Shown here: in pieces, positions 55,155 to 64,000 of the stretch
How the letters are laid out: every line of letters begins with the position of its first letter
Position numbering within the stretch: position 1 is the stretch's first letter
Assembly (NCBI GenBank): GCA_964016885.1
Contig: OZ024749.1
Coordinates: 32,054,001 to 32,118,000 of the forward strand
Direction: 5' to 3'
Source of the DNA: Eledone cirrhosa
Taxonomy: Eukaryota
Length of the DNA stretch: 64,000 bases
The notes under the pieces: model-generated
The model's input: only the letters and a program-made list of their open reading frames with translations
Database searches by the model: none
What the model was told of the DNA's origin: nothing
Position numbers and translations under genes: made by a program

Positions 55155-55965
55155 CCAGAGAGAGAGAGATTGAGAGAGACAGACAGAGAGAGAGAGAGAG
55201 AGAGAGAGCGACAGAGAGAGAGAGATAGACAGGGAGAGATAGAGAAAGAGAAACAAAAATACAGATAGAGGGGGAGAGGGAGAGATTGAGAGAGAGAGAG
55301 TTTTCTGGAGATATCTCTATATAACTTGTTCAAGTAGACAGCAGGATGTTGATACATTAGTAAGACAATGTGTATGTGTGTTAGTTGGTGTGGGCGTATC
55401 TGTGCGTATACGTGTGTGTGTGTGTATGTAAGTTGGTGAGTGTGTGTGAGTGTGTGCGTATATGAATATGTATGTGCATTAATCATGTATTGGATGTGTT
55501 TGTATATTATATATATTTGTGTGTTTGCTTATGTAACGAGAGAGTGTTGGGGAGAGAGAAAATTGTGTGTAAGAGAGAGTGTGTGAGTGGCAGTGAGAGT
55601 GTGTGTGTGAGTAAGAGTGTGTATAAGAGAGTGTGTGTGTGTGAGTGAGTGAGAGTGTTTGTAAGAGAGTGTGTGTATGAAAGTGTCCTTGATAATAACA
55701 AGGAACAGACCAAAGAAGGCAGGGAGAGAGAGAAAAAGATAAATGAAAATGTGAACACTTTTTAATATATGTAAACTATGTTTTCTTATTAATATACACC
55801 TTAATTTTATTATATACCTTTTAATCATATTTCCTGTAGCTTGAAGAAGCCTAAACAACTATTGGGTGAAACCGGTACGATTAATTGCCTTACTTTTAAA
55901 TAAATGTTTTGCTGTTATTCTATGAGAAAATCCCATTAGCATTTTCTATTGTTTTTCTTATTTTC

Positions 55966-56036
<71 letters not shown>

Positions 56037-56334
56037 GTTTGTATTTGTAAAGCCAAAACAATGCAGGTATGGACATAGAATATAAATACAAAAGATATTG
56101 TTGACAATTAGTCTTTTACCTTAAATTTATTTAAATGTCCTTAATTTTCGAGATAACATCTCTTCTTCGGAGGGAAGTAAAGCGGTTAAACCAGTGTTCT
56201 AAATAGCTTGCCAAGCTATATATATATATATATAATGCATGAGCCCCATTGCAGTGAGCTTTTAACCAACTGGTAAAGCAGTTTAACTGCTCCACTTAAT
56301 AATATTATTACTATACATACATATATATATATAC

Positions 56335-56804
56335 ATGGTGGCTGCCAACTCGTTTTCGAGTACGGCCACTACTTTATATCCATGTAGGAGAACCCTTACC
56401 GATGCGCTGAACGAGTGTGACTTTTTAGTCCAGCCAGCGACTTGAAAACTCTGGTACAAACACTACAGTTGTGACAATTATTGACACATAGTGATGGGTC
56501 CACGGTACCATGTGACGACAAGTGCAGAGAGATCTCCAGATATAAAGCAATGCCTGTGCCGTGAAGCTTTTATAGTGAGCAAAGGCACTGCACAAAGCCA
56601 GTCCCACTCTCTTAACCAAGATGATATTTACCAAAAAGAAGAATAAGTCAACATCATTGGATACCATCAGGGTTGCAGGTGTTATATCAGAGTTTTCCTT
56701 CTCCTTGAATTCTGCCTTGACAAAGGCTAAGGGGTCATCTCTCCCGGAGATTTTAAATGGCCATTGACTCTTAAGAGCTCCTTTGCCGTTTGACAGGTTT
56801 TGTT

Positions 56805-56808
<4 letters not shown>
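56335..56808 (-). mobile_element. Non-autonomous RTE-derived element, 5'-truncated copy
   Basis: Reverse complement of ~19215-19686. Confidence 0.85.
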
Positions 56809-56836
<28 letters not shown>

Positions 56837-56842
56837 CATTCA

Positions 56843-56923
<81 letters not shown>

Positions 56924-57474
56924 GGCGTTGTATGACTGCGTGTGATTACATGAGTGTGTATATTTAGATATATGAAATGTTACAAAAACAGAACCTTATA
57001 TAAAATATAAGATATTCAAAACACGAAATATTTCATTGATAAACTCTTGCTGATATAAATATATGTTCGTGCTAAACGATTGCTGAATGGTTCTGCCACT
57101 GCTACTGCTAATGCTACTGCTACTGCCACTGTTGTTGCTACTGCTACTGGTGCTGATGCTGTATTACTATTAATGCGACTGTTGCTACTAAATACTGCTG
57201 CTGATACTGATGCTGACACTGATGCTTGTACTACTTCTGTTACTGCTAAATACTACTACTGATGATGATGATGCTGAGCTGATGCTTGTACTGCTTCTAT
57301 TGCTGTTGCTGCTATTACTGCAGCAAATGCTAATACTTCTACTAATGCTGCTGCGGGTGCTGCTGCTGTTACTGATACTGCTTATTGTGCTGCTGGTGCT
57401 GCTGCTATTGCTGCTGTTGTTCCTTATTATGTTGGTTTACTTGACTATATTCTGATATGCCTATATTATTATTA

Positions 57475-57748
57475 TGGATTGGCAGTATCAGTAAAGAGTC
57501 GGACGCCATGCTTTGGTGCATGGAGTTATGCCCCTTTCCATTCTGAGTTCAAATCCCGCCGATGTTAACTTTGCCTTTCATCCTTACGGGGTCGATAAAA
57601 TAAAGTACCAGTAATACACTGGGTAATTGCTGGCCTTGTGCCAAAGGTAGAAACAATTATTATTATATATTATTACGGGGTCGATAAAATAAAGTACCAG
57701 TAATGTACTGGGTAATTGCTGGCCTTGTGCCTAAAGTAGAAACAATTA
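57475..57748 (+). mobile_element. SINE plus duplicated 3' half
   Basis: Full unit to ~57660, then ACGGGGTCGATAAA...AACAATT repeated. Confidence 0.85.
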
Positions 57749-57764
57749 TTATTATATATTATTA

Positions 57765-58135
57765 TATTTCAGGAAAACCCCAATATGGCTGACATTGTTA
57801 CAATCCAGAAAATCCCTAATATTACCGCCATTATTTCATATTCCAGGAAAACCCCAATATGTCAGCCATTGTTACAGAATTCAGGAAAACTCCAATATGT
57901 CAGCCATTGTTACAGAATCCAGGAAAACTCCAATATGTCGGACATTGTTTCATAATCCAGGAAAACCCCAGTATGTCGGCCATTGTTACATTCCAGAAAA
58001 TTCCTAGTATGACCGCCATTGTCACTGAATCCAGGAAAACCCCAATATATCGGCCATTGTTACATTCCAGAAAATCCCTAATATGTCAGTCATTGTTACA
58101 TAATCCAGGAAATCCCCAATATGACCGACATTGTT
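57765..58135. repeat. Degenerate ~39-bp minisatellite (~9 units)
   Basis: CCAGGAAAACCCCAATATGTC(A/G)GCCATTGTTACA recurring. Confidence 0.85.
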
Positions 58136-58143
58136 GTTATTAT

Positions 58144-58197
<54 letters not shown>

Positions 58198-58509
58198 CAG
58201 TAGTAGTAGCAGTAGTAGTAATAGTATCATTATTGTTGTTGTTGATGTTATTATGTTCGTTGTTAAATGGAGTTTTCTACGCTGACGTAAAATGGCGGTG
58301 GACAAGGCGAAAACAAGGAAATAAAAACACCATCGACAACAACTAAGTAGCTATTGTCTCAATCAATCGTTGCTGATGCCGCATTTATTGACTTTTAATC
58401 GATATATCAACATCTCACACATTTGTGTCTTAAAGTACATTATCATTGTTCGTGTTTTTGTTTTGAGATATTTTGTTTTGTTACGTTTAAGTCTTTCGTC
58501 TTCTAATGA

Positions 58510-59140
58510 AGATCAAGTTAGTATTAAACTATGTTTTGTTAGTGGTAGTAACGTTAGTATTAAACCTATTGTTCTGTTAGTGGTAGTGATATTAGTATTA
58601 ACCTTTACGTTCTGTTAGTAATGGTGATGTTAGTATTAACTTTTATGTTCTGTTAGTGGTAGTAATGTTATTAGTAAACTATATTATGTTAGTGGTAGTA
58701 ACGTTAGTACAAACTATGTTCTGTTAGTGGTGGTGATGTTACTAGTAAACTATATAGTTAGTGATCGTAATGTTAATATAAACTTTATTCTGTTAGCGGT
58801 GGTGATATTAGTATTAAACCTTATGTTCTCTTAGTAATGATGATGTTAGTATTAAACTATATTCTGTTAGTAATGGTAATATTAGTATTAAACTTTATAT
58901 TCTATTAGTTGTGGTAATGATAGTATTAAACTATATTATGTTAGTGGTGGTAGATGTTTGAATTAAACCTTTATATTCTGTTAGTAGTGGCAAAGTTAAT
59001 AGTAAGCTTTGTGTTCTGTTAGTGATGGTAAAATTTGTCGTTAAGTATTTTCTGTTAGTGGTAAGTGATATTAGTAGTATGTTTTGAATTCTATGAGTAA
59101 TGGTAAAATCAGTGGTAAACTAGTGATAATGGTAATAATA
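58510..59140. repeat. Degenerate ~35-bp minisatellite
   Basis: TTCTGTTAGTGGTAGTAATGTTAGTATTAAAC-like units. Confidence 0.8.
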
Positions 59141-59736
59141 AACGTTTTGTATGCATTACCTTCATTACTTCCATTATATCGATGCATTGGCAAAATAGAT
59201 AGATTGTCAGTTAAAATGCTTTTGTTTAAGCCCAGGTCAGCCCTGATTGACCATACCCATGATCAAATATGTTCAGCCAAATCCATCCAGCCTTTTTTTT
59301 CTGACGAAGTACACACGTATGTTTAAGATCACATAATGCAATATGTCCTCATTTTGAGAAAATTTGGCTGCTATTTTTAACAGATATAAAATATAGATTA
59401 TGTATATGATGATGGATCTTCAGATTAGGGAAATAATGATGGATCGTCCGTCAGTTTTCACGATGAGCATTCAGTCATTTGACTAACTTAATGTCTGAGT
59501 CGTGTAAGACATTGAGGATTTCACAGACACTTCACAGAAGGTAGTGTATTGCTTATTGAAGGGGTGTATAGCCAGGGAACAATAAACTTTACAGTGGGAA
59601 CGACAATGTGTTAATGTAAATAACTGGATCTTAATCAAGTGTTGTCCGTTCCTGTTCACCTGTTGCACACATTGTCTTTTCTCAGGCTTCATCGGGTTTA
59701 TAAACATTTTATTTGAATTTGCCGACACGAGAAAAC

Positions 59737-59800
<64 letters not shown>

Positions 59801-59849
59801 CACACATATACATACATATATATATATATATATATATCACACATATACA

Positions 59850-59911
<62 letters not shown>

Positions 59912-59949
59912 TATATATATATATATATATATATGTATACATACACATG

Positions 59950-59994
<45 letters not shown>

Positions 59995-60083
59995 GTATAC
60001 ATACATACATACACACACACATATATATATATATATATATCACACATATACATGCATATATATATATATATCACACATATACA

Positions 60084-60117
<34 letters not shown>

Positions 60118-60126
60118 ACATATACA

Positions 60127-60171
<45 letters not shown>

Positions 60172-60187
60172 ACATACACATGCATAG

Positions 60188-60233
<46 letters not shown>

Positions 60234-60337
60234 GTGTGTGTGTGCGAGTGTGGTTATTTGTGTATGCATATATACATAGGTATAGATCTCTCGATCTCAC
60301 ACACACACACTCTCTCCCCCTCTCTCACTCTCTCTCA

Positions 60338-60440
<103 letters not shown>

Positions 60441-60842
60441 AACGTATATTCACCTCTATGTTTGTATAATTGATAATTTAAATCTCATATTGTTATGATT
60501 ATGTTCCATCGGCAGAGAGAAGACAACAATAACAACAACTACAAGACCAAAACAGACCAATCAACTAGAAAACCAAATATTGATGGCGGCGAAGTAGGTG
60601 GCTGATACTCTGTACATATATAGAAATATTATAGATCCTTAGTTGTTATCATGTAATTTGATTAAGAGTAGCACTTGAGAACACAACGTTTGTATGTGTG
60701 TGTTTTATTACATGGCGGCTTCAGCTTCAGATGAGAAAGTAATGGCGTTTTCCAATATGCATAGCCAATAAGCTTACTCCTTAAGCGCACACACCCGTAT
60801 ATACCAATCATATCTGTGTAGATATATAAATATATATATATT

Positions 60843-60903
<61 letters not shown>

Positions 60904-60976
60904 GTGTGTATATATATATAAATATATTTATATATATATATATAAATATATATATTTATATATAAATATATATATT

Positions 60977-61137
<161 letters not shown>

Positions 61138-61244
61138 ATAAATATATATATTTATATATATATATATATATATATAAATATAAATATATATTTATATATA
61201 TATATATAAATATATATATTTATATATGTATATATAAATATATA

Positions 61245-61388
<144 letters not shown>

Positions 61389-61412
61389 TATATATATATA
61401 TATATATATTTT

Positions 61413-61759
<347 letters not shown>

Positions 61760-62083
61760 TGTGTGTGTGGGAGAGAGAGAGAGAATGAGCGAGAGAGAGA
61801 GAAATGTATACATATGTATGTGTTTATATATTTATATTTATATACAGTCTTATACACTTCAGAGGAGTATAATTCTATAAGTCTGAGAGAAATGGAACAA
61901 GATGTAAAACATTGTCTTTCCTTAGCTGAGGCAGCACGGTGAAATATCAAGTTCTCAAATCTCTTAAGATAATACGACTACTTGTTAGGCTTCTCTGAGA
62001 GATTGCTTTCATTGAGATGTTTGGGTTTTAGAGACTAATTAACCTTTAATTAATATATATATATATATACACACACATATATT

Positions 62084-62188
<105 letters not shown>

Positions 62189-62205
62189 GTGTGTGTATGT
62201 ATATA

Positions 62206-62542
62206 AGGTAAAATAAAAAGTCAAATGTTTAAAATTTAGCTTCGTTTATTACTGCTATATATATTTCGGTGACAGCCATCTTTGGCTGTGACCTCTTCAG
62301 GCAGTCTGAATTAGTGTGGTATAGACAAGTACATATGTTGTTGAGGTGTATAATTTTGTCAATGCTCTGATATGCCCAGTTCTTGGTTGGGTTGTTATTT
62401 CACTGAGGAACTGGAATCATATGTCTATACCACACTAATTCGGACTGCCTGAAGAGGTCACAGCCAAAGATGGCTGTCACCGAAATATATATAGCAGTAA
62501 TAAACGAAGCTAAATTTTAAACATTTGACTTTTTATTTTACT
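62206..62542. mobile_element. Fold-back element with two intact hammerheads
   Basis: Arms ~62206-62327 / 62422-62542 around a ~95-bp spacer, next to (TA)n. Confidence 0.88.
62444..62498 (+). ncRNA. Type I hammerhead ribozyme (canonical core)
   Basis: ACTGC-CTGAAGA-GGTCACAGCCA(AAGA)TGGCTGTCACC-GAAA-TATATA-TA-GCAGT then AATAAA. Identical twin on minus strand 62251-62305. Confidence 0.85.
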
Positions 62543-62654
62543 TTATTTTACATTAGTCCGGAGTAAACAAACCAACCTGCGCACTTCGTCGAGTGCTCCA
62601 ATCTGCATACTGAGGTGTTGGTATACAACCAACATATACTCAAAATCTATATAT

Positions 62655-62745
<91 letters not shown>

Positions 62746-62770
62746 CATATATACATATATATATACATAT

Positions 62771-62815
<45 letters not shown>

Positions 62816-62949
62816 CATATATATATACATATATACATATATACATATATATATGTATATATACATATATATATACATATATACATATATACATATATAT
62901 ATATACATATATATACATATATATATATATGTATGTATATATATATATA

Positions 62950-63075
62950 ATGAAAAATTGAACAGGGACAGAACAGAGAGGCAGTACAATAAATGTTTAT
63001 TAAATTCACGCTCAGGAGAGTGGGGGGTATGTGGGGGACGACGTTTCGGGCATAAGCCCTTCTTCAGGTGAGAAG
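62950..63075 (-). mobile_element. PLE-type 3' terminus with minimal hammerhead
   Basis: Minus: AC-CTGAAGA-A-GGGC(TTAT)GCCC-GAAA-CG-TC-GT ... AATAAA. Tail homologous to 53680-53760. Confidence 0.65.
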
Positions 63076-64000
63076 TGTGTGGGAACAGAGTTAAAAAGGT
63101 GTGTAGGGGAGTGGTGGAGAGACATATAGCGAAAGGAAACGGTGCGAATGAAAAATTAACAAATAAAGACAAAAAATCTAATAAATAAAAATAAAGCATG
63201 TTCAAAATACAAGGAATGAGAAAATTTAAACATAAAGGCATGATCAAAATAAACTGAAATTAAAAGGGGGGTAAACAGGTGGTGGAAGGGTGTGGGGTGA
63301 GTAGGGTTGGTGGCGGGTGAAGTGGGGAGAGGGAGACGGGGTGTCCGAGCGGGGAGGGCTGAAGGTGGTGTGTGTGGTTAGGTGTGCGTGTGTGTGTGTA
63401 TGTGAAAGTGAGGGTTGGGGAAGAACGGGGTTGCATGTTCAGGAAGGTGTGTGTGGGGGGTGTTTTTGTGGGTCGGAGTGTCTGTGCGTGTGTGGATAGG
63501 GGGGTGGGGGGAGAGGAATCAGGAGGCTGAGGGTGTAAATATGTGGTGGGAAGCACGTGTGTGTGGTTTAAGCGTGTTGTGGGTGTGGGTGGCGTGTGGA
63601 GAAAAAAATGTTTTTGGGGTGTGTGTGTGGGTGAGTTATATAGGTGATGGCGTAAGAGGATGGTTGAAAAGTTGGTAAGTTCCACGGATGTTTGGAGATT
63701 TGGTTAGAAGTCAATTTCGCGTGTGGGTAATCCAAGAAGCGGTGGTCGGAAGAGGAGAGATGTGGGGTACGCGCGCAACAGGAAGTGGTCAGCAGTGGGA
63801 GTGCTGTGGTCAGTTGGTGCTGAGAGGTGGTCGGAAGGGCATAGCAGCAGTCGGTGGAATGGTAGGGAGGCGAGGATGGGTAGGTGTGAGAGTTGGAGTG
63901 AGGAGTGTGTGTGTGTGTGTGTGTGTGTGTGTATTAGTAGGGGTGTTAGTGGGATGAGTGAGTGTGGAGCGGGGAGAGAAGGGTGTGTGTGGTTCTATGG

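Noticed and set aside
57080-57455. Hydrophobic poly-Leu/Ala ORFs
   Set aside because: Degenerate (CTG/CTA)n triplet repeat.

Overview
AT-rich, microsatellite-saturated eukaryotic DNA. The repeat content suggests a coleoid cephalopod, probably Octopus (inference). Almost every ORF in the supplied track is a translation of (TA)n, (CA)n, (GA)n or triplet repeats. The real content has five parts. (1) A nearly intact Penelope-like retroelement (PLE, RT + GIY-YIG, ~37.55-41.17 kb) whose upstream ORF overlaps the RT ORF at a U UUU UUA -1 slippery site. (2) A second, decayed PLE and several PLE endonuclease-end fragments. (3) About 18 short fold-back (palindromic) insertions in (TA)n tracts, built from PLE 3' termini, plus more than a dozen type I hammerhead-ribozyme motifs from several families, including U3-A8 core variants. 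(4) tRNA-derived SINEs, a non-autonomous RTE-derived element (4 copies), R4/Dong-like and Tx1-like LINE fragments, hAT and mariner MITEs, and minisatellites. (5) One convincing host exon on the minus strand (11140-11344) encoding signal peptide + C-x11-C + RSKR, probably the B-chain exon of a divergent insulin/relaxin-family prepropeptide. All coordinates and alignments were read by eye.
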